Part shown: piece by piece, positions 31,608-40,080 of the stretch
Numbering within the stretch: the first letter of the stretch is position 1
Layout: each line of letters opens with the position of its first letter
Assembly (NCBI GenBank): GCA_963765765.1
Contig: CAVXYC010000001.1
Location: forward strand, 32,001-96,000
Length of the DNA stretch: 64,000 nucleotides
Direction of reading: 5' to 3'
Source of the DNA: an uncultured Chloroflexia bacterium
GTDB lineage: Bacteria > Chloroflexota > UBA6077 > JACCZL01
Program-made: the position numbers and the translations under genes
Notes under the pieces: model-generated
The model's input: the letters and a program-made list of their open reading frames with translations, nothing else
Databases searched by the model: none
Told to the model about the DNA's origin: nothing

Positions 31608-32201
31608 ATGGACGCTCTGACAACAGCAAAATCGGTGGTCCAACGGGCAAAGGACGGAGACCCGGGGGCCCTGACGGGACTGTATGAGGAGCACGCTCCT
31701 CGGCTCTACCGATACTTTTTGCCAAGAGTCGACGGACGGTCGCAGCAAGCGGAGGACCTCACGGAGGAAGTCTTCGTCAGAATGATTGAGCGGCTCGAGC
31801 GCTATGAAGATCGAGGATTACCGTTCGGTGCCTGGCTATTCCGCATCGCACACAACCTCCTTATCGATCATCAGCGACGTCTGCCCAAGCAGCCTCTCGT
31901 CGCAATCGACGAGTGCGAGGAGCTTCGCGGTCCGGCGGAGAAGGAGATCCAGCAGGCGCTGGACCAGCACGAGATCGCCATTACCATGGCCCGGCTGACG
32001 TCGGATCAGCGCAATGTGATCCAGCTGCGGTTCCTGGAAGGTCTGAGCATCATCGAGACCGCGGCCGCGCTGGGAAAGACGGAAGAATCCGCGAAGAAGC
32101 TCCAGGCGCGCGGCCTGATGGCGATGCGCCGCATCCTGGAGGGCCCCGCCCAGCGGCGCACCAGGATTGCGCCTACGCCAGTCCTAACCTTCGCCTCATA
32201 A
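31608..32201 (+). CDS. ECF sigma factor, BldN/ShbA-like
   Basis: RAKDGD...AEDLTEEVF...FGAWLFRIAHNLLIDH; region 4 LTSDQRNVIQLRFLEGLSIIETAAALGKTEESAKKLQAR. Confidence 0.93.
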   Translation: MDALTTAKSVVQRAKDGDPGALTGLYEEHAPRLYRYFLPRVDGRSQQAEDLTEEVFVRMIERLERYEDRGLPFGAWLFRIAHNLLIDHQRRLPKQPLVAIDECEELRGPAEKEIQQALDQHEIAITMARLTSDQRNVIQLRFLEGLSIIETAAALGKTEESAKKLQARGLMAMRRILEGPAQRRTRIAPTPVLTFAS

Positions 32202-32215
32202 AGCCAATTCTCATA

Positions 32216-32264
32216 GACAACAAAAATCGGGGTGGCCGCTGCGGCCACCCCGATTTTTGTTGTC
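32216..32264. terminator. Bidirectional intrinsic terminator
   Basis: GACAACAAAAATCGGGGTGGCCGC-T-GCGGCCACCCCGATTTTTGTTGTC: perfect 24-bp IR with A/T tracts. Confidence 0.9.
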
Positions 32265-32298
32265 CTCGCTCGCCCGCGCGAAGGCGAGTTAGGCCGGG

Positions 32299-32478
32299 CT
32301 AGGCGTCCGCGCCATCCGGCGCTGCGCCTTCTGGCATGAACTTCACGCGCGACGCACCACAGCGTGGACAGGCGAACGGCAGCTGCGAGCTCTGGACGCG
32401 CCACTGACAGGTCAGGCATCTCCACCAGGTAGTGGGGTCGCCGATGGTTGTCACGTAGGCGCCGGTCTTATCAGTCAT
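32299..32478 (-). CDS. Small rubredoxin-like/zinc-ribbon protein (59 aa)
   Basis: AAGGAG RBS; WRCLTCQ...ACPRCGASRVKF. Confidence 0.75.
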   Translation of the reverse strand: MTDKTGAYVTTIGDPTTWWRCLTCQWRVQSSQLPFACPRCGASRVKFMPEGAAPDGADA

Positions 32479-32552
32479 GCCAGTCTCCTTCTGCGGCGAT
32501 TTTACAGCACAGTGAGCGGGGCTAGTGGGCAGTGAGCCGCGGAGGATGACCA

Positions 32553-32747
32553 ATGCCCAACTGCCCATTGCTCAGTCGGGACAACTTCCATCTAGTGAGC
32601 GAGCCCGCGATCCTCTGGAAGAGCTGCGGGAGGCTCTCTGTCTTCTTAATGGGGAAGTACTTCTCACAGCCCGTCGTAGAAGAGGATGACACGCTTCTCA
32701 GCGAGGAATCCACTGAGGACCTGGAACGCACAAGCGAGGAAACTTGA
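32553..32747 (+). CDS. Possible small acidic protein
   Basis: GGAGGA upstream of ATG; no recognisable family. Confidence 0.35.
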   Translation: MPNCPLLSRDNFHLVSEPAILWKSCGRLSVFLMGKYFSQPVVEEDDTLLSEESTEDLERTSEET

Positions 32748-33092
32748 GTCGAGAGAGCAGCAAGTAGCGATAACGGGGCGCCAACACCATCTGAATCGCT
32801 AGTACGAACAGCTGGAAAACTCGTGGCAATCATGGCCAAACAGACATCCCCGCTGATCCGTAAAGGCCAGGCCCTTGTTGAAACAGCGCTCGCTATACCG
32901 CGTCGCGTCTCAGTCCGTCTAGCCGAGTAAGTCTCGCCCCGCTCCGGATCCGGACGAAATCTAGGGCAGCTCGCAGCGGTAGGATAAGCTTGACTGACAC
33001 CGCGTACTGGAGTCGCGATGTGCTAGCAACCTTATTCGGATGGCCCTGGGCGTCCCAACTGTGGGTTGCGTGTCGTTGTAAATTGTGAGCCC

Positions 33093-33332
33093 ATGAATGT
33101 TATGACCCCCTTCGAAGACGCCCTCGCCATCGCACTCGACCGCTGCAGTCGTGGAGAGTCGGCCGAATCGGTTGCGGCTGACTTTCCAGAACACGATCTC
33201 CTTCCATATATACGCATCGCGGAGCGAATCCAGGGCACACCGTCTACCGAGTCCCTGCCCTCGTCTGAATGGATGCAGCGCTCACTTCAGCGTCTCCTGA
33301 CGCGCAAGTTCCAGATTCCGCCCGAGGACTAG
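33093..33332 (+). CDS. Small soluble protein resembling the N-terminal domain of Chloroflexota DUF5667/RsbN-like anti-sigma factors
   Basis: FEDALAIALDRCSRGESAESVAADFPEHDLLPYIRIAERI...PSSEW..RSLQRLL; no TM helix; followed by a terminator. Confidence 0.6.
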   Translation: MNVMTPFEDALAIALDRCSRGESAESVAADFPEHDLLPYIRIAERIQGTPSTESLPSSEWMQRSLQRLLTRKFQIPPED

Positions 33333-33356
33333 CCCTCGAGCCTTTGATGCCTTATT

Positions 33357-33382
33357 AAAGGTGCCTTTCACGGGCGCCTTTT
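33357..33382 (+). terminator. Intrinsic terminator
   Basis: AAAGGTGCCT-TTCAC-GGGCGCCTTTT. Confidence 0.65.
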
Positions 33383-33574
33383 GCGCCCCGCCGGTCGTTA
33401 TCGGAGAGACCCGCGGGACCCCACCCCAGCCCTCGCCGCGGCGTTCAGGGCGAACACCGGGGTGACCCCGTCTGAGACATATCAGTTCATTCGGTCTCAT
33501 CTTCCCAGCACTCTTCGTGGTCGTTCTGGGACCGACCGTTCCAAAGCTCTTCCAGTCACTGGGGTCGCGGTAAC

Positions 33575-33962
33575 GTGACTGAGCAGTTACATAGCACCTC
33601 GGACATCCCAGCGAAGGTCCGAGCCCCGCATGCAGTAAACGTCACTCGAGGCATCGTGCTGGCTGAACGGATTGAGCACGCACACTCATTTATCGGCAGA
33701 CTGAAAGGTCATCTGGGCCGCGCATCGCTGCCGATGGGCGAGGTATTGCTGATCTCACACTGTACGAGCGTTCATTGTATCGGCATGGCGTTCGCCATCG
33801 ACGTGGTGCAGCTGGATAAACATGGCCGTGTCAAGCGCGTGCTGGCAAACATGAATCCAGGTCGCATCGGGCCCTGGGTCCCTGGGTGGCGCGAGCGTGC
33901 TGGAGCTGCCAGCTGGGGCGACTGAAGGTACGCAAGTCGGTGATCTGATCGAGGTTGGTTGA
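33575..33962 (+). CDS. DUF192 family protein (frameshift near 33885)
   Basis: AHSFIGRLKGHLGR..CTSVHCIGMAFAIDVV; continues VLELPAG..TQVGDLIEVG in another frame. Confidence 0.85.
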
Positions 33963-34001
33963 GCTCGGCCAGCTAGTTAACTCTCGCGCTCCGACCTCGA
34001 G

Positions 34002-35666
34002 CTAATCCTCAGTCTCCTCATCCATGTCAGGCAGCGGCTCTATCGTCGCATCGACGCGATAGACCCAGGCATACGGGCGTCCGTTCACTACGGCGGTGAA
34101 GTCGGGCGGCACAATCGCCATGAGCTGGACGATGGTCGGCGGTACGATAACGCGTTGCGCCATGTTGACGTACACGACAAAGTAGTTCACTGGCCTGGGA
34201 TCGGGGACTCGCACGGTCTCCCCCACGAACATCGGCCTCAGGGCATGGTGATAGTGCGTTTTGGCGACCAGCGACTCGGCGCCCGGTTGAGCGTTGAGAT
34301 AGTCTGCCACCTGGTCCAGCCCCTCGCCCCAACCCACCATAAGCACGCGTCGTGCACCGTCTTCCCCGCCCACCAGCGGGTTGTAGGCGGCGATCGGGTA
34401 CGGCTGGGCGTACCACAGGAGCAGAGCTTGAATGGCTATGGGGACGAATAGGAGTGCCGCGCGCATCCAGGCTGTTCGCATGCGCCCCGCGAGCCACCAT
34501 ATCCCGGCGCCCCCCAGAAGCGAGAACACCATGAGCGCTGGCAGGAGATACCGATCGAACTTCTTTGCGCCGAGGTTCATGAGGACAATGAAGAACACGA
34601 TGAAACCGGCCAGAGCCAGCAGGCTGTGTACGCGTAGTGGATTGCGGCTGTGCACAAAGAGCAGTACCAGGATCCCCACGAATGCCACCGGGCTCATGCG
34701 AAACACGAGGGCCAATGGATAAAACAGTATTCCTGGATCGCCGTTAGTGGGCCTCCCGAGGAAATAGTTTGGCCAGGTATGAGGGTTCCCGCCGACGTTC
34801 GCGGCGAATTCAATGACCTGTGGAATTCGCCGCGGCGCATCAACCCACATCGTTGGCCAGAACGCGAAGTACACCACAACGGAGAGCGCGCCGCATGCGA
34901 TCCACGGGAACAGCGAGCGCACACCGTGCCTCCATGGTTTCGTTGCGAGCAGGGCGATGACGGATAGGTAAACGGGGAGTGCTATGCCCGGCGCCTTCGT
35001 CAGTACGCTGAAGCCCATCAACAACGATGTCAGTAGCAAGTATTGGCGCTCTCGACCACGGAACCAGTAGACCAGACCGCTCAGCAGGGCCGCGAGCATC
35101 AAGGGTGAGAGCAGCGTATCTACATGCATGAGCTGGGCGCTGCCAACTTGATAAGGATCCAGGGCAATGAGCGCGCTACCCGTGATAGCCGGGCCCGCGC
35201 CCAGAAGGCGCCAGGCCAGCGCGGCCGCTCCCACCAGTAATAGCGCCGTCGTAATGGCCATCGCATGACGCGCGGCAATAAACGCGTCCAAGTAGCCGGG
35301 GGCCTTCTCGAGAATGGCGTAATTCGTGAATCGAACCGGTAGAAACTCTTCCAGCCGTTTCGGTCCGATGCCAAGAAGCCCAACCCACATCGTGGTGACG
35401 CCGGGGTGTCCGCTGCGATACGTTTGCGCGAGCTCACCGCGGGCGAGGGCCGCGCCAAAGCGGACCGAGCGCTGCATCCAGTACGCCTCGTCAGACGTGA
35501 TGGTCGGCCGCAGCTCAGTGAGGCGGGGCGCCAGCGCCAGACCGAGCAGAGCAGCGAGTACGATTGCACGCCATGCGCCGGCGGATATCTTGAGACCAGT
35601 CACGAGGACACTCAATAAATTATGAACGATCGGTCGCACTTGGATCGTGAGACGCAAAGAGGACAC
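34002..35666 (-). CDS. GT-C membrane glycosyltransferase (GT39/PMT-like)
   Basis: TSDEAYW, SGHPGVT, LMHVD, LTKAP, AKKFDRYLLP, GWGEGLDQ; multiple TM helices. Confidence 0.88.
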   Translation of the reverse strand: MSSLRLTIQVRPIVHNLLSVLVTGLKISAGAWRAIVLAALLGLALAPRLTELRPTITSDEAYWMQRSVRFGAALARGELAQTYRSGHPGVTTMWVGLLGIGPKRLEEFLPVRFTNYAILEKAPGYLDAFIAARHAMAITTALLLVGAAALAWRLLGAGPAITGSALIALDPYQVGSAQLMHVDTLLSPLMLAALLSGLVYWFRGRERQYLLLTSLLMGFSVLTKAPGIALPVYLSVIALLATKPWRHGVRSLFPWIACGALSVVVYFAFWPTMWVDAPRRIPQVIEFAANVGGNPHTWPNYFLGRPTNGDPGILFYPLALVFRMSPVAFVGILVLLFVHSRNPLRVHSLLALAGFIVFFIVLMNLGAKKFDRYLLPALMVFSLLGGAGIWWLAGRMRTAWMRAALLFVPIAIQALLLWYAQPYPIAAYNPLVGGEDGARRVLMVGWGEGLDQVADYLNAQPGAESLVAKTHYHHALRPMFVGETVRVPDPRPVNYFVVYVNMAQRVIVPPTIVQLMAIVPPDFTAVVNGRPYAWVYRVDATIEPLPDMDEETED

Positions 35667-35709
35667 GGTCGATTCCGTGTCCTCTTAAGCTCAGGGAGAG
35701 CGTAAGAGC

Positions 35710-36147
35710 TCAGCTTCGGAGCTGGACATCCTTGCTACCATCGGCCACCCGATCGATCCGTACGACGACGGCCACGCCCTTGTTATCTGGATCACGGTCC
35801 AGCTCAGCCTGGACGGTGCGCGAGCGAACCGCCTCACGAATCTCACCGGTGGCGTAGAGCTCGGCCGTGCCAAAGAAGCGTCGCGCCCCCACGCCGCGAT
35901 CGCGGTTACGGTAGAACATCGCCGCGTGGGGGTTCTCTCGCAAGTTTTCCAACATGGTGCCATGAGCCCGCTCCCAGAACGCGAGATGGTCCTTATCCCA
36001 GACCATCGTGCTTCCCTTGGGCGCCAGGTCAGGGACGCCATCCTTACTTGCTGTCGCCCAAAGAGTCGGCGTGCCATCTCCAAACGCGTTTCCGATGGTG
36101 TCTTCGAAGGCCGTGAGGTCGATCGGTGCAGGGGTTTGATTGGTCAT
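35710..36147 (-). CDS. Pyridoxamine 5'-phosphate oxidase-like FMN/F420-binding split-barrel protein
   Basis: ATASKDGVPDLAPKGS...NLRENP; ATG after GAAGAGGGAG. Confidence 0.85.
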   Translation of the reverse strand: MTNQTPAPIDLTAFEDTIGNAFGDGTPTLWATASKDGVPDLAPKGSTMVWDKDHLAFWERAHGTMLENLRENPHAAMFYRNRDRGVGARRFFGTAELYATGEIREAVRSRTVQAELDRDPDNKGVAVVVRIDRVADGSKDVQLRS

Positions 36148-36307
36148 GACTCCCTCTTCAGGCGACTGCATTTCGGTCACATCACTATCAATCGACCATG
36201 ACGACGATGTCAACGCAGACAACACCAAGCTGGCGTCATAATGCCTCCGCCTACCAGGTTCCGCCCGATGAGCGAGAACGCGAACTGCCTGACGATACGA
36301 GGGAATC

Positions 36308-37276
36308 ATGCTCCGATCGGTCCTATATCGCGACGGGCGCGTCGCTGACGCAGGTGACTGCGACTCGGTACAAACCGCGCTCGAAGATACCGGCTCGCTG
36401 CTCTGGGTAGACATGTATGCGCCTGATGACAGTGACTATGCGGTGCTCCGAGACGATTTCCGCTTCCATCCCCTGGCATTGGAAGACGCGATGCGCGAGG
36501 ACCAGCGCGCGAAGGTCGATCAGTACGCGGGCTACAACCTTATCGTCCTGTTCGCTCTGAGTCTCGAACCCGACTCCGATCAGGTGAAACAGAAAGAGCT
36601 CACCCTCTTCGTGGGGCCGAATTTCGTTGTTACCGTCCATCAGGAGGCCATCCACTCCGTGGACGAGCTATGGACGCGTCTTCACCAGGAGCCCAGCATC
36701 ATTGCGCCTCACCCACTGAGTCTGCTGGTGTATCAGCTCGCCGACAGCCTGGTGGACGATTACTTTCCAATTGTTGACCTTTTCGATGACCGTCTGGCTG
36801 ACCTCGAGGAGCAGCTCTTCGACAGCCTTGGTCGCGTTACCCTGGCCCGGCTGTTCACGATGCGCAAGTCGCTCATTGCTATGCGTCGACTTACGAACCA
36901 GATGCGAGATGTATTCAATCTACTGAGCCGACGCGAACAGATTGTATTCCACGAGAACACGCTGCCGTATTACACCGACGTCTACGACCATCTATTGCGT
37001 GTCTCCGACACTCTAGAGCTCCAGCGTGACCTGCTCGCCGGCGCGCTAGAGACGTATCTCTCCATCCAGTCCAATGAGCTGAACCTCACCGTGCGGAAGC
37101 TCACGGCAGTCACGGTGATGGTCATGATCCCGACGCTCATTGCTGGCATCTACGGTATGAACTTCACGCACATGCCAGAACTGCAATCGGACTACGGTTA
37201 CCCGCTTGCTCTGGGAGTGATGGTCGCATCAAGCGTAGGTGTCTATTACTACTTGAAGCGCGTCGGCTGGTTCTGA
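36308..37276 (+). CDS. corA: Magnesium/cobalt transporter CorA
   Basis: FHPLALED, YTDVYDHL, IYGMNF..MPEL. Confidence 0.95.
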   Translation: MLRSVLYRDGRVADAGDCDSVQTALEDTGSLLWVDMYAPDDSDYAVLRDDFRFHPLALEDAMREDQRAKVDQYAGYNLIVLFALSLEPDSDQVKQKELTLFVGPNFVVTVHQEAIHSVDELWTRLHQEPSIIAPHPLSLLVYQLADSLVDDYFPIVDLFDDRLADLEEQLFDSLGRVTLARLFTMRKSLIAMRRLTNQMRDVFNLLSRREQIVFHENTLPYYTDVYDHLLRVSDTLELQRDLLAGALETYLSIQSNELNLTVRKLTAVTVMVMIPTLIAGIYGMNFTHMPELQSDYGYPLALGVMVASSVGVYYYLKRVGWF

Positions 37277-37302
37277 GCTCCAGCACGGATTCTCGGTTTT
37301 TC

Positions 37303-37331
37303 TTGACAGCCGCTGGAGTGCTCCTTAAGCT
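37303..37331 (+). promoter_or_regulatory. Sigma70-type promoter
   Basis: TTGACA-N17-TAAGCT, about 200 nt upstream of the ATG at 37533. Confidence 0.7.
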
Positions 37332-37482
37332 CACCAGCAGTTCATCCACAAGCAACCGCGGCATTGGCGGAGGATCCACACACTCGGCCGCCTCAACGAG
37401 AACATGAGAAGCGGCGGGCAAAGATTCAAGCAATCGCGACGGCCACTGGCCCGCGAGCTCCCTATCCCACGGTTTCCCTATC

Positions 37483-37498
37483 CGGGCAACGTTGCCCG
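37483..37498. promoter_or_regulatory. Perfect 16-bp palindrome, candidate operator
   Basis: CGGGCAACGTTGCCCG, 35 nt upstream of the SBP start. Confidence 0.45.
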
Positions 37499-37532
37499 CT
37501 GACGAGCCATCGCATCGATGCAGGAGGCCCGA

Positions 37533-38759
37533 ATGATCAACCGGATCTCGAGACGTGATTTCGTCCACTGGCTGGGTGTGGCCTCAACTGGCGCGTTGAT
37601 GGCTGCCTGTTCTGCGCCCACTCCGGCACAGCCGACAGCCGCACCTAAAGCCGCGGCTCCAGCGGCGCCCACGACGGCTCCTGGCGCTCCAGCGGCTGCC
37701 CCGACTCAGGCGCCGGCAGCCGCTGCCGCGCCAGCCGCCAAGGACCCTATGGCTGGCTGGGACGAGCTTGTCGCTAACGCCAAGAAGGAAGGCAAGGTTG
37801 TCGTAAACACGTTCCCCGGCTCGGGGTACCGACAAGCACTCACGCTCTTCGAGGAAAAGTACCCGGGCATCACCGTGGAGCACACCACCATGATCGCTCG
37901 TGAAATCGCTGTGAAGGCGCTGGGCGAGCAAAAAGCAGGCGTATTTTCATTTGACGTCACCCAGATTCCTGCCACCACGGCGCTTCAGATCATGCTTCCG
38001 GCGGGGGCCTGGGATCCGATGCCTCCGGCGCTTATCCATCCCGAGGTCACCGGTGACCAGTATTGGCGCGGCGGCTTCAAGCGTGGCTTCGTCGACTCAA
38101 CCGGAACGTACGGTTATCACTTTGGCTGGAACAAGTTCCAGGGCGTGTACATCAACACCGACCTTGCCAAGCCCGGTGAGATCACCTCAGGAAAGGATCT
38201 GCTTGATCCCAAATGGAAGGGCAAGATCGTCTTGATGGATCCGCGTTCGGGTGGTTTCACCGCGAACTGGGTCACTGCCGTCCGAAAGAAGGAGGGTGAC
38301 GACTATCTCAAAAAGCTCTTCGTGGACCAGGAGCCGGTCTTCACGCGCGATCAGCGTCAGGCCACCGAGATGATCATTCGCGGCGGAATGGCCGTGGCCA
38401 CGGGGCCCAATCATGCACTCCTGGATGACTTCAAGAATTCTGGCGTTGCGGTGAACGTCACAACCCAGACACTTTCCGATGCCACGTACATCCAGGGGGG
38501 GACCGTCTGGCTCTTTAAGAACGCACCCCATCCTAATGCCGCCAAGCTATTGCTCAACTGGATGCTCTCCAAAGAAGGCCAGGAGAGTTGGATGAAGCTA
38601 GCGCTCCAGGAGAACAGTCGCCGCACCGATGTCACGCCCTATGAGCCCGAGCGTATCCCAACGGAAGCAGAAGAAAAGTCACTCATCTTCTTTGATACGG
38701 AGGAGTGGGTGATCGAGGTGGACAAGACCCAGCAAATGTCAGCCGACATCCTGAAGTAG
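37533..38759 (+). CDS. Tat-exported solute-binding lipoprotein (AfuA-like family), copy 1
   Basis: SRRDF twin-arginine motif, MAAC lipobox, LLDPKWKGK, NAPHPNAAKL. Confidence 0.9.
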   Translation: MINRISRRDFVHWLGVASTGALMAACSAPTPAQPTAAPKAAAPAAPTTAPGAPAAAPTQAPAAAAAPAAKDPMAGWDELVANAKKEGKVVVNTFPGSGYRQALTLFEEKYPGITVEHTTMIAREIAVKALGEQKAGVFSFDVTQIPATTALQIMLPAGAWDPMPPALIHPEVTGDQYWRGGFKRGFVDSTGTYGYHFGWNKFQGVYINTDLAKPGEITSGKDLLDPKWKGKIVLMDPRSGGFTANWVTAVRKKEGDDYLKKLFVDQEPVFTRDQRQATEMIIRGGMAVATGPNHALLDDFKNSGVAVNVTTQTLSDATYIQGGTVWLFKNAPHPNAAKLLLNWMLSKEGQESWMKLALQENSRRTDVTPYEPERIPTEAEEKSLIFFDTEEWVIEVDKTQQMSADILK

Positions 38760-38782
38760 GAGCTCGGCCACAGGAGGTCAAC

Positions 38783-40015
38783 ATGGCTCGTGCGTTAACA
38801 CGCCGCGAACTGATTCGTGTTCTCGGAGTCACCACTACCGGCTTGCTGGCGGCGGCCTGCGCCCCGGCGACCCCGCCGCAGCCCACGGCAGCGCCGAAGG
38901 TCGCGCCCCCAGCCGCAGCTCCAACGGCAGCACCCGCGGCGCCTGCCGCAGCAGCGGTCGAGCCCGCGGCGAAAGCGCCGGCGGCCGCCACAGGCGGCGA
39001 CTTCCAGGCGCAGTGGGACGCCGTGGTGGCGGGCGCCAAGAAGGAGGGTAAGCTCGTCATCAACACGTTCCCGGGCACTGGCTTTCGGCAATCGATCGCC
39101 GCTTTCGAGGAGAAGTACCCCGGCATCGCTATCGACCACACTACGATGATCCAGCGGGATCTGGCGGTTCGGGCCCTCCAGGAGCAGAAGGCCGGAATTT
39201 ACTCGTTTGACGTGGCGCAGGGTCCTCCGGGTACGGCAATGGGCGTCATGCTGCCTGCCGGCGCCTGGGACCCAATGCCTCCGGCCATCATCCACCCCGA
39301 AGTTACCGGCGACCAGTACTGGAAGGGCGGATTCAAGCGGGGATTCATCGACAAGACGGGGACGTACGGCTACCACTTCGGCTGGAACAAGTATCGCGGC
39401 GTGTACATCAACACGGACGAGGTGAAGCCCGGCGAAATCACCAGCACGCTGGATCTGCTAAATCCGAAGTGGAAGGGCAAGATTGTCTTGATGGATCCGC
39501 GCTCCGGTGGCTTCACCGCGAACTGGGTCTCGGCCGCGCGGCGCGCACATGGCGACGACTATCTACAAAAGCTGTTCATTGACCAGGAGCCGGTCTTCAC
39601 GCGTGATCAACGACAAGCCACGGAGATGCTCATTCGTGGTGGGTATGCCGTCGCCACGGGCCCCGACGAGGCGCTGCTCGACGATTTCAAGAACTCCGGC
39701 GTCACTGTGAACGTCTCGACGCAGCGTATGAGCGATGCCACCTATATCCAGGGCGGATCAGTGTGGCTCTTCAAGAACGCTCCAAACCCCAACGCGGCCA
39801 AGCTTTTTATCAACTGGCTGCTCAGTAAGGAGGGTCAGGCGCTCTGGTGCGAGAAAGCAACGCAGGAGAACAGTCGCCGCGCAGACGTGCCGGTCTTCTA
39901 TCCTGATGCCTACCCTACGGACGAGGAGACTAATACGCTCATTTTCTTCGACTCTGAAGATTGGAATGCCCAGGCGCAAGAAGTTCAGCAGATGGCGACG
40001 CAACTGCTGAAATAG
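38783..40015 (+). CDS. Tat-exported solute-binding lipoprotein (AfuA-like family), copy 2
   Basis: TRREL motif, AAAC lipobox; long identical blocks with copy 1 (KWKGKIVLMDPRSGGFTANWV, DQEPVFTRDQRQATEM). Confidence 0.9.
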   Translation: MARALTRRELIRVLGVTTTGLLAAACAPATPPQPTAAPKVAPPAAAPTAAPAAPAAAAVEPAAKAPAAATGGDFQAQWDAVVAGAKKEGKLVINTFPGTGFRQSIAAFEEKYPGIAIDHTTMIQRDLAVRALQEQKAGIYSFDVAQGPPGTAMGVMLPAGAWDPMPPAIIHPEVTGDQYWKGGFKRGFIDKTGTYGYHFGWNKYRGVYINTDEVKPGEITSTLDLLNPKWKGKIVLMDPRSGGFTANWVSAARRAHGDDYLQKLFIDQEPVFTRDQRQATEMLIRGGYAVATGPDEALLDDFKNSGVTVNVSTQRMSDATYIQGGSVWLFKNAPNPNAAKLFINWLLSKEGQALWCEKATQENSRRADVPVFYPDAYPTDEETNTLIFFDSEDWNAQAQEVQQMATQLLK

Positions 40016-40080
40016 AGTAATGAGTCATGAGTCGGGTTGCTTTATACGGCACCCTCTCATGACTCATCACACATCATCAT
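40015..40080. repeat. Heptamer-periodic inverted repeat
   Basis: GAGTAAT-GAGTCAT-GAGTC ... CTCATGA-CTCATCA-CACATCA; 12-bp perfect IR at 40020-40031 / 40056-40067. Confidence 0.6.

Noticed and set aside
33020-33085. BldN-type AAC..CGT promoter before the small anti-sigma-like gene
   Set aside because: Available spacings (14 or 20 nt) do not fit.
37600-39000. GC-rich quasi-repeats (also 21420-21540 and 59040-59210)
   Set aside because: They encode Ala/Pro lipoprotein linkers; not CRISPR or VNTR.
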